Virus record (IMG/VR): IMGVR_UViG_2711768054_000002
DNA length: 31,683 bases
Reading direction: 5' to 3' (one strand)
Source: a virus
Lineage: Duplodnaviria; Heunggongvirae; Uroviricota; Caudoviricetes
Below are positions 8,880 through 18,768 of this stretch, piece by piece. Position numbers and translations under genes: made by a program. Position 1 is the stretch's first letter. Each line of letters starts with the position of its first letter. A model generated the notes under the pieces. The model saw only the letters and a program-made list of their open reading frames with translations. It ran no database searches and was not told the origin of the DNA.

Positions 8880-9914
8880 TCAGCCGTTGTCAGTGTCCAG
8901 TGAGTAGTTTTTAAAGCGGATGACCTCCTGACCGAGCCAGCCGTTTATCTCGCGGATCCTGTCCTGTAGCGGAATAAGCTCATTGCGGACAAAGACCTTT
9001 GCCACTTTCTCAATATCACCCAGCGACCCGACGTTCTCCGGCTTGCCGCCCATCAACTGAAAGGGGATGCGGTGCGCATCCAGCAGGTCAGCGGCGCTGG
9101 CTTTTTTGATATTAAAAAAATCGTCCTTCGTTGCCACTTCACTGAGCGGGATAATTTTAATGCCGTCGGCTTTCCCCTGTGGGGCATAGAGAAACAGATT
9201 TTTAAAGTTGTTGCGGCCTTTCGACTTAACCATGTTTTCGCGAAGCATTTCGATATCGTTGCGATCCTGCACGGCATCGGTGACGTACATGATGTATCCA
9301 GCATGTGCGCCGTTTTCGTAATACTTGCGGCGGAACAGCGTGGCCGATTCATTCAGCCAGGCAGAGTTAAGGGCGCTGAGATATTCCGGCAGGCCGTACA
9401 GCTCCTGATTAATATCCGGCTCCAGCAGGTGAAACACGGAGCCGGGCGCGAAAGGTGTCGGCTCGTTGAAGGACGGCACCCACCAGTAAACATCCTCCTC
9501 AACACCACGGCGGGTATATTTTGCCGGTGAGGTTTCCAGTCTGATGACCTTACCGGTGGTGCTGTAGCGCTTTTCCAGAAACGCATTACCGAACACCAGA
9601 AAATCCAGCACAAAGCGGCTGAAATCCTGCTGGGAAAGCCACGGATGCGGGATAAATGTCGAGGCCAGAATATTGCGTTTAACGTAAATCGGTGAGCTGT
9701 GATGCACGGTAGCACGCAGGCTTTTTGCCAGACCGGTAAAGCTGATTGGTGGCTCATACCATCTGCCGTTACTGATGCATTCGACGTAATCCAGAATGTC
9801 ACGGCGGTCGAGTACCGGCACCGGCTCACCAAAGGTGAATGCCTCCATTTTCGGGGCGCTGGCGGTCATTTTTTTTGCCGCAGGTTGCGGTGTTTTCCCT
9901 TTTTTCTTGCTCAT
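8880..9914 (-). CDS. Q: Portal protein Q
   Basis: 344 aa, matching P2 gpQ in length and position; start overlaps the P stop. Confidence 0.93.
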   Translation of the reverse strand: MSKKKGKTPQPAAKKMTASAPKMEAFTFGEPVPVLDRRDILDYVECISNGRWYEPPISFTGLAKSLRATVHHSSPIYVKRNILASTFIPHPWLSQQDFSRFVLDFLVFGNAFLEKRYSTTGKVIRLETSPAKYTRRGVEEDVYWWVPSFNEPTPFAPGSVFHLLEPDINQELYGLPEYLSALNSAWLNESATLFRRKYYENGAHAGYIMYVTDAVQDRNDIEMLRENMVKSKGRNNFKNLFLYAPQGKADGIKIIPLSEVATKDDFFNIKKASAADLLDAHRIPFQLMGGKPENVGSLGDIEKVAKVFVRNELIPLQDRIREINGWLGQEVIRFKNYSLDTDNG

Positions 9915-11686
9915 CAGTAAAACTCCAGAATGGTGGATGTCAGCGGGGTGCTGATACCGGCGGTGAGTGGCTCATTTAACAGGGCGTGCATGGTCGCCCA
10001 GGCGAGGTCGGCGTGGCTGGCTTCCTCGCTGCGGCTGGCCTCATAGGTGGCGCTGCGTCCGCTGCTGGTCATGGTCTTGCGGATAGCCATAAACGAGCTG
10101 GTGATGTCGGTGGCGCTGACGTCATATTCCAGACAGCCACGGCGGATAACGTCTTTTGCCTTGAGCACCATTGCGGTTTTCATTTCTGGCGTGTAGCGGA
10201 TGTCGCGTGCGGCGGGATAGAACGAGCGCACGAGCTGGAACACGCCGACACCGAGGCCGGTGGCATCAATACCGATGTATTCGACGTTGTATTTTTCGGT
10301 GAGTTTGCGGATGGATTCAGCCTGGGTGGCAAAGTCCATGCCTTTCCACTGGTGACGCTCAAGTATTCTGAATTTGCCACCGGCCACCACCGGCGGTGCC
10401 AGCACCACGCATCCGGCGCTGTCGCCACGGTGTGACGGGTCGTAACCAATCCATACCGGGCGGGAGCCGAACGGATTGGCGGCAAACGGCGCATAGTCTT
10501 CCCATTCTTCCAGCGTGTCGACCATACAGCGTTGCAGCTCCTCGAACGGGAACACCGACGCCTTGTCGTCAACAAATTCACACATGAACAGGTTTTTAAA
10601 ATCGTCGGCGCTGTTTTCGCGTTTGAGCTGCTCAATGTCGAACAGCGTGCAGCCGCCTTTCAGGGCGTCCTCAATGGTGACAATCTGCCGCCACTGGCCG
10701 TCCGCACAGAGAAGCCCACCGGCAAGGGCGTTATGACTGACGTCGATTTCCACGCGTTCGGCGGCGCTGGCGCGTCCCCGGTTGAACAGTTCACCCGACC
10801 AGAACGGGTAGGCGTCGTGCGCCAGCGTGGACGGGGTGGAGAAATAGGTCGATCGCAGGTGACTCTGTGAGGCCATACCTGATGCCACCTTACGCAGCAC
10901 CTGAAAATTCGGGATCCAGAAAATCTCGTCGACGTACAGGTCGCCGTTATGGCTCTGCGCGGTGTTGGAGTTGGTGCCGAGAAAAATCAGTTTTGCGCCG
11001 TTATTGCCCAGGACAATCGGGTCACCGGTCAGGTCAACATCAACCAGACGGGCAAAGGCGATGATGTATTCACGGAACACATACGCCTGCGTTTTACTGG
11101 CCGACAGAAAAATCTGGTTATGACCGGTTTTCAGGGCGCGCAGCAGCGCCTCGCGGGAAAAATAAAACGTCGCGCCAATCTGGCGGGATTTCAGGATATC
11201 GCGGATGCGGTGCTCAAGCCCGGCGCGATACCAGTGCAACTGATAATCGAAAGACTGCTCAAAGAAAATCTGCTCCAGCTTTTCGATGGCCTCGTCACTG
11301 AAAAAATTCTTTTTCGGTTTGCGCCGCCCGCCTTTGTTGCGGTTAGCGACGTTCGGATTAAGGTCTGCCTCGTTGCCGGTCTGGCTGTAGCGGTTTACCC
11401 GTGCCAGTCGTTCAATCTGGCGTCCCAGCAGGTCAATTTCCTTGAAATCACCGCCGGTTTTCTGCGGTTTGATGATGAGCTGGGTCAGCCGCGCTTCCAG
11501 ACTCATTTCGACACGGCTGATGGGGGCAACGCTGTCCCAGCCGTCGCGCTGTTTCCAGCTCTGCACCGTCGGGCGTTTCATCTGCAACATGGCGGCAATC
11601 TGCGGCACGGAAAATCCCTGCCAGTACAGCAGCGCCGCCTGACGACGCGGGTCGTGTAAAAGAGTGGTGTCTGTGGTGATGGTCAT
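9914..11686 (-). CDS. P: Terminase large subunit P (ATPase/nuclease)
   Basis: Track ORF trimmed to the ATG at 11686 (MTITTDTT...), preceded by GAGGT SD; about 590 aa as in P2 gpP. Confidence 0.92.
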   Translation of the reverse strand: MTITTDTTLLHDPRRQAALLYWQGFSVPQIAAMLQMKRPTVQSWKQRDGWDSVAPISRVEMSLEARLTQLIIKPQKTGGDFKEIDLLGRQIERLARVNRYSQTGNEADLNPNVANRNKGGRRKPKKNFFSDEAIEKLEQIFFEQSFDYQLHWYRAGLEHRIRDILKSRQIGATFYFSREALLRALKTGHNQIFLSASKTQAYVFREYIIAFARLVDVDLTGDPIVLGNNGAKLIFLGTNSNTAQSHNGDLYVDEIFWIPNFQVLRKVASGMASQSHLRSTYFSTPSTLAHDAYPFWSGELFNRGRASAAERVEIDVSHNALAGGLLCADGQWRQIVTIEDALKGGCTLFDIEQLKRENSADDFKNLFMCEFVDDKASVFPFEELQRCMVDTLEEWEDYAPFAANPFGSRPVWIGYDPSHRGDSAGCVVLAPPVVAGGKFRILERHQWKGMDFATQAESIRKLTEKYNVEYIGIDATGLGVGVFQLVRSFYPAARDIRYTPEMKTAMVLKAKDVIRRGCLEYDVSATDITSSFMAIRKTMTSSGRSATYEASRSEEASHADLAWATMHALLNEPLTAGISTPLTSTILEFY

Positions 11687-11859
11687 GAATACCTCGCCGT
11701 GATGAATACACGGCAAGGCTACTGAGTCGCGCCCTGCGATTCGCTAAGGTGCTGTTGTGTCAGTGATAAGCCATCCGGGACTGATGGCGGAGGATGCGCA
11801 TCGTCGGGAAACTGATGCCGACATGTGACTCCTCTAATCACTATTCAGGACTCCTGACA
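11687..11859. promoter_or_regulatory. Divergent late promoter region between P and O (expected Ogr-dependent)
   Basis: By synteny with P2; I looked for an exact TGT-N12-ACA dyad and found none, so exact sites are unassigned. Confidence 0.45.
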
Positions 11860-12714
11860 ATGGCAAAAAAAGTCTCAAAATTCTTTCGTATCGGCGTTGA
11901 GGGTGACACCTGTGACGGGCGTGTCATCAGTGCGCAGGATATTCAGGAAATGGCCGAAACCTTTGACCCGCGTGTCTATGGTTGCCGTATTAACCTGGAA
12001 CATCTGCGCGGCATCCTGCCTGACGGTATTTTTAAACGTTATGGTGATGTGGCCGAACTGAAGGCCGAAAAGATTGACGATGATTCGGCGCTGAAAGGCA
12101 AATGGGCGCTGTTTGCGAAAATCACCCCGACCGATGACCTTATCGCGATGAACAAGGCCGCGCAGAAGGTCTACACCTCAATGGAAATTCAGCCGAACTT
12201 TGCCAACACCGGCAAATGTTATCTGGTGGGGCTGGCCGTCACCGATGACCCGGCAAGCCTCGGTACGGAATACCTGGAATTCTGCCGCACGGCAAAACAC
12301 AACCCCCTGAACCGCTTCAAATTAAGCCCTGAGAACCTTATTTCAGTGGCAACGCCCGTTGAGCTGGAATTTGAAGACCTGCCTGAAACCGTGTTCACCG
12401 CCCTGACCGAAAAGGTGAAATCCATTTTTGGCCGCAAACAGGCCAGCGATGACGCCCGTCTGAATGACGTGCATGAAGCGGTGACCGCTGTTGCTGAACA
12501 TGTGCAGGAAAAACTGAGCGCCACTGAGCAGCGCCTCGCTGAGATGGAAACCGCCTTTTCCGCACTTAAGCAGGAGGTGACTGACAGGGCGGATGAAACC
12601 AGCCAGGCATTCACCCGCCTGAAAAACAGTCTCGACAACACCGAAAGTCTGACCCAGCAGCGCCGCAGCAAGGCCACCGGTGGTGGCGGTGACGCCCTGA
12701 TGACGAACTGCTGA
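11860..12714 (+). CDS. O: Capsid scaffolding protein O
   Basis: ATG at 11860 (MAKKVSKFFRIGVEGDTCDGR, P2 gpO-like N-terminus); 284 aa. Confidence 0.92.
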   Translation: MAKKVSKFFRIGVEGDTCDGRVISAQDIQEMAETFDPRVYGCRINLEHLRGILPDGIFKRYGDVAELKAEKIDDDSALKGKWALFAKITPTDDLIAMNKAAQKVYTSMEIQPNFANTGKCYLVGLAVTDDPASLGTEYLEFCRTAKHNPLNRFKLSPENLISVATPVELEFEDLPETVFTALTEKVKSIFGRKQASDDARLNDVHEAVTAVAEHVQEKLSATEQRLAEMETAFSALKQEVTDRADETSQAFTRLKNSLDNTESLTQQRRSKATGGGGDALMTNC

Positions 12715-12772
12715 CCGGCGTCAGTCAGTCCGGGAAAACCTTCACGATTAACCCTTAATTTCAGGAAAAACT

Positions 12773-13846
12773 ATGCGCCAGGAAACCCGCTTTAAATTTA
12801 ATGCCTACCTGTCCCGTGTTGCCGAACTGAACGGCATCGACGCCGGTGATGTGTCGAAAAAATTCACCGTTGAACCGTCGGTCACTCAGACCCTGATGAA
12901 CACCATGCAGGAGTCCTCTGATTTTCTGACCCGCATCAACATTGTGCCGGTCAGCGAAATGAAAGGGGAAAAAATTGGTATTGGTGTCACCGGCTCCATC
13001 GCCAGCACCACCGACACCGCCGGTGGCACCGAGCGTCAGCCGAAGGACTTCTCGAAGCTGGCGTCAAACAAGTACGAATGCGACCAGATTAACTTCGATT
13101 TTTATATCCGCTACAAAACGCTGGACCTGTGGGCGCGTTATCAGGATTTCCAGCTCCGTATCCGTAACGCCATTATCAAACGCCAGTCCCTTGATTTCAT
13201 CATGGCCGGTTTTAACGGCGTGAAGCGTGCCGAAACCTCTGACCGCAGCAGTAATCCGATGCTGCAGGATGTGGCGGTCGGCTGGCTGCAGAAATACCGC
13301 AATGAAGCACCGGCGCGCGTGATGAGCAAGGTCACTGACGAGGAAGGGCACACCACATCTGAGGTCATCCGCGTGGGTAAGGGCGGTGATTATGCCAGCC
13401 TTGACGCACTGGTGATGGATGCGACCAACAACCTGATTGAGCCGTGGTATCAGGAAGACCCTGACCTTGTGGTGATTGTGGGGCGTCAGCTACTGGCGGA
13501 CAAGTATTTCCCCATCGTTAACAAGGAGCAGGACAACAGCGAAATGCTGGCCGCTGACGTCATCATCAGCCAGAAACGCATCGGCAACCTGCCAGCGGTA
13601 CGCGTCCCGTACTTCCCGGCGGATGCGATGCTCATCACGAAGCTGGAAAACCTGTCCATCTACTACATGGATGACAGCCATCGCCGCGTGATTGAGGAAA
13701 ACCCGAAACTCGACCGCGTGGAGAACTACGAGTCAATGAACATTGATTACGTGGTGGAAGACTACGCCGCCGGTTGCCTGGTGGAAAAAATTAAGGTCGG
13801 TGATTTCTCCACACCGGCTAAGGCGACCGCAGAGCCGGGAGCGTAA
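12773..13846 (+). CDS. N: Major capsid protein N
   Basis: 357 aa, identical in length to P2 gpN; follows O. Confidence 0.94.
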   Translation: MRQETRFKFNAYLSRVAELNGIDAGDVSKKFTVEPSVTQTLMNTMQESSDFLTRINIVPVSEMKGEKIGIGVTGSIASTTDTAGGTERQPKDFSKLASNKYECDQINFDFYIRYKTLDLWARYQDFQLRIRNAIIKRQSLDFIMAGFNGVKRAETSDRSSNPMLQDVAVGWLQKYRNEAPARVMSKVTDEEGHTTSEVIRVGKGGDYASLDALVMDATNNLIEPWYQEDPDLVVIVGRQLLADKYFPIVNKEQDNSEMLAADVIISQKRIGNLPAVRVPYFPADAMLITKLENLSIYYMDDSHRRVIEENPKLDRVENYESMNIDYVVEDYAAGCLVEKIKVGDFSTPAKATAEPGA

Positions 13847-13849
13847 CCG

Positions 13850-14593
13850 ATGACGAGTCCCGCACAGCGCCACATGATGCGGGTCTCGGCAGCGATGACC
13901 GCGCAGCGGGAAGCCGCCCCGCTGCGACATGCAACTGTCTATGAGCAGATGCTGGTTAAGCTCGCCGCAGACCAGCGCACACTGAAAGCGATTTATTCAA
14001 AAGAGCTGAAGGCCGCGAAAAAACGCGAACTGCTGCCGTTCTGGTTGCCGTGGGTGAACGGCGTGCTGGAGCAGGGCAAAGGTGCACAGGATGACATTCT
14101 GATGACGGTCATGCTGTGGCGTCTGGATACCGGCGATATTGCCGGTGCGCTGGAGATTGCCCGTTATGCCCTGAAGTACGGTCTGACCATGCCGGGTAAA
14201 CACCGCCGCACCCCGCCGTACATGTTCACCGAGGAGGTCGCACTCGCGGCCATGCGCGCTCACGCTGCCGGTGAATCTGTGGATATCCGCCTGCTGACGG
14301 AGACCCTTGAACTGACCGCCACGGCTGACATGCCTGATGAAGTGCGCGCAAAGCTGCACAAAATCACCGGTCTGTTTCTGCGTGACGGTGGTGATGCCGC
14401 CGGTGCGCTGGCGCACCTGCAACGTGCGACACAGCTCGACTGTCAGGCAGGCGTCAAAAAAGAGATTGAACGACTGGAGCGGGAACTGAAACCGAAGCCG
14501 GAGCCGCAGCCAAAAGCGGCCACCCGCGCCCCGCGTAAGATCCGGAGCGTGACACCGGCAAAACGTGGACGCCCGAAAAAGAAAGCCAGTTAA
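13850..14593 (+). CDS. M: Terminase small subunit M
   Basis: 247 aa as in P2 gpM; basic C-terminal tail RGRPKKKAS. Confidence 0.92.
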   Translation: MTSPAQRHMMRVSAAMTAQREAAPLRHATVYEQMLVKLAADQRTLKAIYSKELKAAKKRELLPFWLPWVNGVLEQGKGAQDDILMTVMLWRLDTGDIAGALEIARYALKYGLTMPGKHRRTPPYMFTEEVALAAMRAHAAGESVDIRLLTETLELTATADMPDEVRAKLHKITGLFLRDGGDAAGALAHLQRATQLDCQAGVKKEIERLERELKPKPEPQPKAATRAPRKIRSVTPAKRGRPKKKAS

Positions 14594-14692
14594 CAACCGA
14601 ATGCGCCCCGCGCCAGGGCGGCACGCCGGTCAGTGAGGGTGAATCACCTGACACTGTACCGGCGTCCACCGCCCGACTTTTCAGAGGTAGTC

Positions 14693-15202
14693 ATGATGAC
14701 GCTGATTATTCCGCGAAAGGAGGCTCCCGTGTCCGGTGAGGGTACGGTGGTCATCCCGCAACCGGCAGGCGACGAGCCGGTGATTAAAAACACGTTCTTT
14801 TTTCCCGATATCGACCCGAAGCGCGTCCGGGAACGTATGCGCCTTGAGCAGACCGTCGCCCCCGCCCGTCTGCGTGAGGCCATCAAGTCAGGCATGGCGG
14901 AAACAAATGCGGAGCTGTACGAGTACCGCGAACAGAAAATTGCCGCCGGTTTTACGCGTCTGGCGGACGTTCCGGCGGACGACATCGACGGTGAAAGTAT
15001 CAAAGTTTTTTACTACGAGCGCGCCGTGTGTGCGATGGCGACCGCGTCGCTTTATGAGCGTTATCGCGGTGTGGATGCCAGTGCGAAAGGCGACAAGAAG
15101 GCTGACAGCATTGACAGCACCATTGATGAACTGTGGCGGGATATGCGCTGGGCGGTGGCGCGTATCCAGGACAAGCCGCGCTGCATCGTGAGTCAAATCT
15201 GA
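14693..15202 (+). CDS. L: Head completion protein L
   Basis: Track ORF trimmed to ATG 14693 (MMTLIIPRKEAP) with GAGGTAG SD; about 169 aa as in P2 gpL. Confidence 0.9.
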   Translation: MMTLIIPRKEAPVSGEGTVVIPQPAGDEPVIKNTFFFPDIDPKRVRERMRLEQTVAPARLREAIKSGMAETNAELYEYREQKIAAGFTRLADVPADDIDGESIKVFYYERAVCAMATASLYERYRGVDASAKGDKKADSIDSTIDELWRDMRWAVARIQDKPRCIVSQI

Positions 15203-15405
15203 TGAAGACCTTTGCGCTACAGGGCGACACGCTCGACGCCATTTGTGTCCGGTATTACGGGCGCACTGAGGGCGTGGTTGAGACCGTGCTCGCCGCAAAT
15301 CCGGGACTGGCTGAACTGGGTGCGGTGCTGCCACACGGCACCGCCGTCGAACTGCCCGACGTTCAGACCGCGCCCGTGGCTGAAACTGTCAATCTTTGGG
15401 AGTAA
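15202..15405 (+). CDS. X: Tail protein X
   Basis: ATG at 15202 overlapping the L stop; 67 aa, MKTFALQGDTLDAICVRYYGRTEG. Confidence 0.88.
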   Translation: MKTFALQGDTLDAICVRYYGRTEGVVETVLAANPGLAELGAVLPHGTAVELPDVQTAPVAETVNLWE

Positions 15406-15408
15406 CGC

Positions 15409-15690
15409 ATGACAGCAGAAGAAAAAAGCGTCCTGTCGCTTTTCATGATTGGGGTGCTGATTGTTGTCGGCAAGGTGCTTGCCGGTGGTGAACCCATCAC
15501 CCCGCGTCTGTTTATCGGGCGCATGTTGCTCGGTGGTTTTGTCTCGATGGTTGCCGGTGTTGTTCTGGTGCAGTTTCCTGACCTGTCACTGCCTGCGGTG
15601 TGCGGCATCGGCTCCATGCTGGGTATCGCCGGTTATCAGGTGATTGAGATTGCCATTCAGCGCCGCTTTAAGGGCAGGGGGAAACCGTAA
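15409..15690 (+). CDS. Y: Holin Y
   Basis: 93 aa with hydrophobic transmembrane segments and a charged C-terminus; immediately precedes the endolysin. Confidence 0.9.
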   Translation: MTAEEKSVLSLFMIGVLIVVGKVLAGGEPITPRLFIGRMLLGGFVSMVAGVVLVQFPDLSLPAVCGIGSMLGIAGYQVIEIAIQRRFKGRGKP

Positions 15691-16187
15691 TGCCGGTAAT
15701 TAACACGCATCAGAATATCGCCGCCTTTCTCGACATGCTGGCCGTGTCCGAAGGGACGGCGAATCACCCGCTGACGAAAAACCGGGGCTATGACGTGATA
15801 GTCACCGGACTGGACGGAAAGCCGGAAATATTCACCGACTACAGTGACCACCCGTTCGCGCATGGCCGACCGGCGAAGGTGTTTAACCGTCGCGGTGAAA
15901 AATCCACGGCTTCCGGTCGCTATCAGCAGCTTTACCTGTTCTGGCCGCACTACCGCAAACAGCTTGCCCTGCCGGATTTCAGTCCGTTGTCACAGGACAG
16001 ACTTGCCATTCAGTTGATCCGTGAACGCGGTGCACTGGATGACATCCGGGCGGGATGCATTGAGCGCGCCATTTCACGCTGTCGCAATATCTGGGCGTCC
16101 CTGCCGGGAGCCGGTTACGGTCAGCGTGAGCATTCACTGGAAAAACTGGTCACCGTCTGGCGTACCGCTGGCGGCGTACCGGCTTAA
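15690..16187 (+). CDS. K: Endolysin K (lysozyme)
   Basis: 165 aa as in P2 gpK; position in the lysis cassette. Confidence 0.9.
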   Translation: MPVINTHQNIAAFLDMLAVSEGTANHPLTKNRGYDVIVTGLDGKPEIFTDYSDHPFAHGRPAKVFNRRGEKSTASGRYQQLYLFWPHYRKQLALPDFSPLSQDRLAIQLIRERGALDDIRAGCIERAISRCRNIWASLPGAGYGQREHSLEKLVTVWRTAGGVPA

Positions 16188-16201
16188 ACGGAGTAAACAC
16201 C

Positions 16202-16627
16202 ATGAAGAAATTATCCCTTTCACTGATGCTGAACGTGTCGCTGGCGCTGATGCTGGCACTGTCCCTGATTTACCCGCAGAGCGTGGCCGTCAATTTTGTC
16301 GCCGCCTGGGCGATTCTGGCGACAGTTATCTGTGTGGTTGCCGGTGGTGTCGGCGTGTATGCCACTGAGTATGTACTTGAACGCTACGGGCGGGAGCTGC
16401 CGCCGGAATCGCTGGCCGTGAAGATTGTCACGTCGCTGTTTTTGCAGCCGGTGCCGTGGCGCAGACGGGCGGCGGCTCTGGTGGTGATGGTGGCGACGTT
16501 TATCTCGCTGGTTGCCGCCGGGTGGATTTTTACTGCACTGATTTATCTCGTGGCGTCGCTGTTTTTCCGGCTGATACGTAAAGCCTGTCGTCAGCGTCTT
16601 GAGGGGCGGGAACCATGTCAAAACTGA
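16202..16627 (+). CDS. lysA: Lysis regulator LysA (membrane protein)
   Basis: 141 aa, multiple transmembrane segments, position after K. Confidence 0.85.
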   Translation: MKKLSLSLMLNVSLALMLALSLIYPQSVAVNFVAAWAILATVICVVAGGVGVYATEYVLERYGRELPPESLAVKIVTSLFLQPVPWRRRAAALVVMVATFISLVAAGWIFTALIYLVASLFFRLIRKACRQRLEGREPCQN

Positions 16628-17040
16628 TGATTGTGCTGGTTGTGTTGTTATCGCTGGCGGTGGCCGGTCTGTTTCTGGTGAAACACAAAAATGCCAGCCT
16701 GCGCGCCTCGCTGGACAGGGCGAACAACGTCGCCAGTGAACAGCAGACGACCATCACCATGCTGAAAAACCAGCTTCATGTTGCCCTCACCAGGGCAGAC
16801 AAAAACGAGCTGGCGCAGGTGGCACTGCGTCAGGAACTGGAGAACGCCGCAAAGCGTGAAGCTCAGCGCGAGAAAACCATCACGAGGTTACTTAATGAAA
16901 ACGAAGATTTTCGCCGCTGGTACGGTGCTGACCTGCCTGATGCTGTGCGCCGGTTGCACCAGCGCCCCGCCTGCACTGACGCCAGTGATTGTCGCCAACG
17001 CCTGCCCGAAAGTGAGCCTTTGCCCGATGCCGGGCAGTGA
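16615..17040 (+). CDS. lysB: LysB, Rz-like inner-membrane spanin
   Basis: 141 aa; N-terminal transmembrane anchor (MIVLVVLLSLAVAGLFLV) then coiled-coil-like region. Confidence 0.88.
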   Translation: MSKLMIVLVVLLSLAVAGLFLVKHKNASLRASLDRANNVASEQQTTITMLKNQLHVALTRADKNELAQVALRQELENAAKREAQREKTITRLLNENEDFRRWYGADLPDAVRRLHQRPACTDASDCRQRLPESEPLPDAGQ

Positions 17041-17185
17041 CCCGCAGACGAACGGCGATTTAAGTGCCGATATCCGGCAGCTTGAGAACGCGCTGGCACG
17101 CTGTGCCAGCCAGGTAAAAATGATTAAACACTGTCAGGACGAAAACGATGCTCAAACCCGACAGCCTGCGCAGGGCGCTGACTGA
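16895..17185 (+). CDS. lysC: LysC, Rz1-like outer-membrane lipoprotein spanin
   Basis: ATG at 16895 with GAGGT SD, in another frame within lysB; lipobox LCAGC in MKTKIFAAGTVLTCLMLCAGCTS; 96 aa. Confidence 0.85.
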   Translation: MKTKIFAAGTVLTCLMLCAGCTSAPPALTPVIVANACPKVSLCPMPGSDPQTNGDLSADIRQLENALARCASQVKMIKHCQDENDAQTRQPAQGAD

Positions 17186-17615
17186 TGCCGTCACGGTGCT
17201 GAAAACCAGTCCAGAGATGCTTCGGATATTCGTGGATAACGGGAGTATTGCCTCCACGCTGGCGACGTCGCTGTCGTTCGAAAAGCGTTACACGCTCAAT
17301 GTGATTGTGACCGACTTTACCGGTAATTTTGACCTGCTCATCGTGCCGGTGCTGGCGTGGCTGCGGGAAAATCAGCCCGACATCATGACCACTGACGAAG
17401 GCCAGAAAAAGGGCTTCACGTTTTATGCAGACATCAACAATGACAGTAGCTTTGATATCAGCATCAGCCTGATGCTGACCGAGCGCACGCTGGTCAGTGA
17501 GGTGGACGGCGCACTGCATGTGAAGAATATCCCGGAACCTCCTCCGCCGGAGCCGGTCACCCGCCCGGTGGAGCTGTATATCAATGGCGAACTGGTGAGT
17601 AAGTGGGATGAATGA
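17148..17615 (+). CDS. R: Tail completion protein R
   Basis: 155 aa as in P2 gpR. Confidence 0.9.
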   Translation: MLKPDSLRRALTDAVTVLKTSPEMLRIFVDNGSIASTLATSLSFEKRYTLNVIVTDFTGNFDLLIVPVLAWLRENQPDIMTTDEGQKKGFTFYADINNDSSFDISISLMLTERTLVSEVDGALHVKNIPEPPPPEPVTRPVELYINGELVSKWDE

Positions 17616-18060
17616 GTTTAAGCGTTTTGAAGACCGGCTGACCGGACTGATTGAGTCGCTGTCACCGTCAGGGCGTCGGCGACTGAGTGCCGAACTGGCG
17701 AAACGTCTGCGTCAGAGTCAGCAGCGCCGGGTGATGGCACAGAAAGCCCCGGACGGCACCCCCTACGCGCCACGCCAGCAGCAGAGCGCCAGAAAAAAGA
17801 CCGGTCGTGTTAAGCGAAAAATGTTTGCGAAACTTATCACCAGTCGTTTTTTGCATATCCGCGCCAGCCCGGAACAGGCAGCAATGGAATTTTACGGCGG
17901 GAAGTCACCGAAAATCGCCAGCGTGCATCAGTTTGGTCTGTCGGAAGAAAACCGGAAAGACGGTAAGAAAATTGATTATCCGGCGCGTCCTCTGCTCGGC
18001 TTTACCGGTGAGGATGTGCAGATGATTGAAGAGATTATCCTGGCTCATCTCGACCGTTAG
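17608..18060 (+). CDS. S: Tail completion protein S
   Basis: 150 aa as in P2 gpS. Confidence 0.9.
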   Translation: MNEFKRFEDRLTGLIESLSPSGRRRLSAELAKRLRQSQQRRVMAQKAPDGTPYAPRQQQSARKKTGRVKRKMFAKLITSRFLHIRASPEQAAMEFYGGKSPKIASVHQFGLSEENRKDGKKIDYPARPLLGFTGEDVQMIEEIILAHLDR

Positions 18061-18126
18061 TTGTGCCATTCCCGACACCTCATCGTCACATTGCCGCCGG
18101 TATGACCCGGCGGCATCCTTCCCGTT

Positions 18127-18768
18127 ATGAACACTCTCGCAAATATTCAGGAACTCGCGCGCGCACTGCGCAACATGATCCGCACCGGCATTATCGTCGA
18201 AACCGACCTTAACACCGGTCGCTGCCGTGTGCAGACCGGCGGCATGTGCACCGACTGGCTTCAGTGGCTGACCTGTCGTGCCGGGCGTTCGCGCACATGG
18301 TGGGCACCTTCCGTGGGGGAGCAGGTGCTGATTCTGGCCGTGGGCGGTGAACTTGACACGGCGTTTGTTCTGCCGGGGATTTATTCCGGCGATAACCCCG
18401 CGCCGTCTGCGTCGGCTGATGCCCTGCATATCCGTTTCCCTGACGGAGCGGTGATTGAGTATGAACCCGAAACCAGTGCACTCACGGTAAGCGGAATTAA
18501 AACGGCCAGCGTGACGGCTTCTGATTCTGTTACTGCCACGGTGCCGGTGGTCATGGTGAAAGCGTCAACCCGCATCACCCTGGACACACCGGAAGTGGTC
18601 TGCACTAACAAACTGACTACCGGCACGCTGGAAGTGCAGAAGGGCGGAAAGATGCACGGCAACATCGCGCATACCGACGGGAAATTCACGTCTAACGGCG
18701 TTCAGGTGGATGAACACGGTCACGGTGGTGTTAAGTCAGGAGACAACTGGACGCAGGGGACAAAATGA
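18127..18768 (+). CDS. V: Baseplate spike protein V
   Basis: 213 aa, P2 gpV-like in length and position. Confidence 0.9.
   Translation: MNTLANIQELARALRNMIRTGIIVETDLNTGRCRVQTGGMCTDWLQWLTCRAGRSRTWWAPSVGEQVLILAVGGELDTAFVLPGIYSGDNPAPSASADALHIRFPDGAVIEYEPETSALTVSGIKTASVTASDSVTATVPVVMVKASTRITLDTPEVVCTNKLTTGTLEVQKGGKMHGNIAHTDGKFTSNGVQVDEHGHGGVKSGDNWTQGTK

Noticed and set aside
9353-9832. Long antisense and alternate-frame ORFs inside GC-rich late genes (for example 9353..9832 -, 12219..12677 -, 13997..14596 -, 17905..18429 -, 20051..20761 -, 28760..29449 -, 30267..30839 -)
   Set aside because: They lie wholly within well-supported P2 structural genes; high GC lowers stop-codon frequency in off-frames; no start context; proteins are compositionally skewed.
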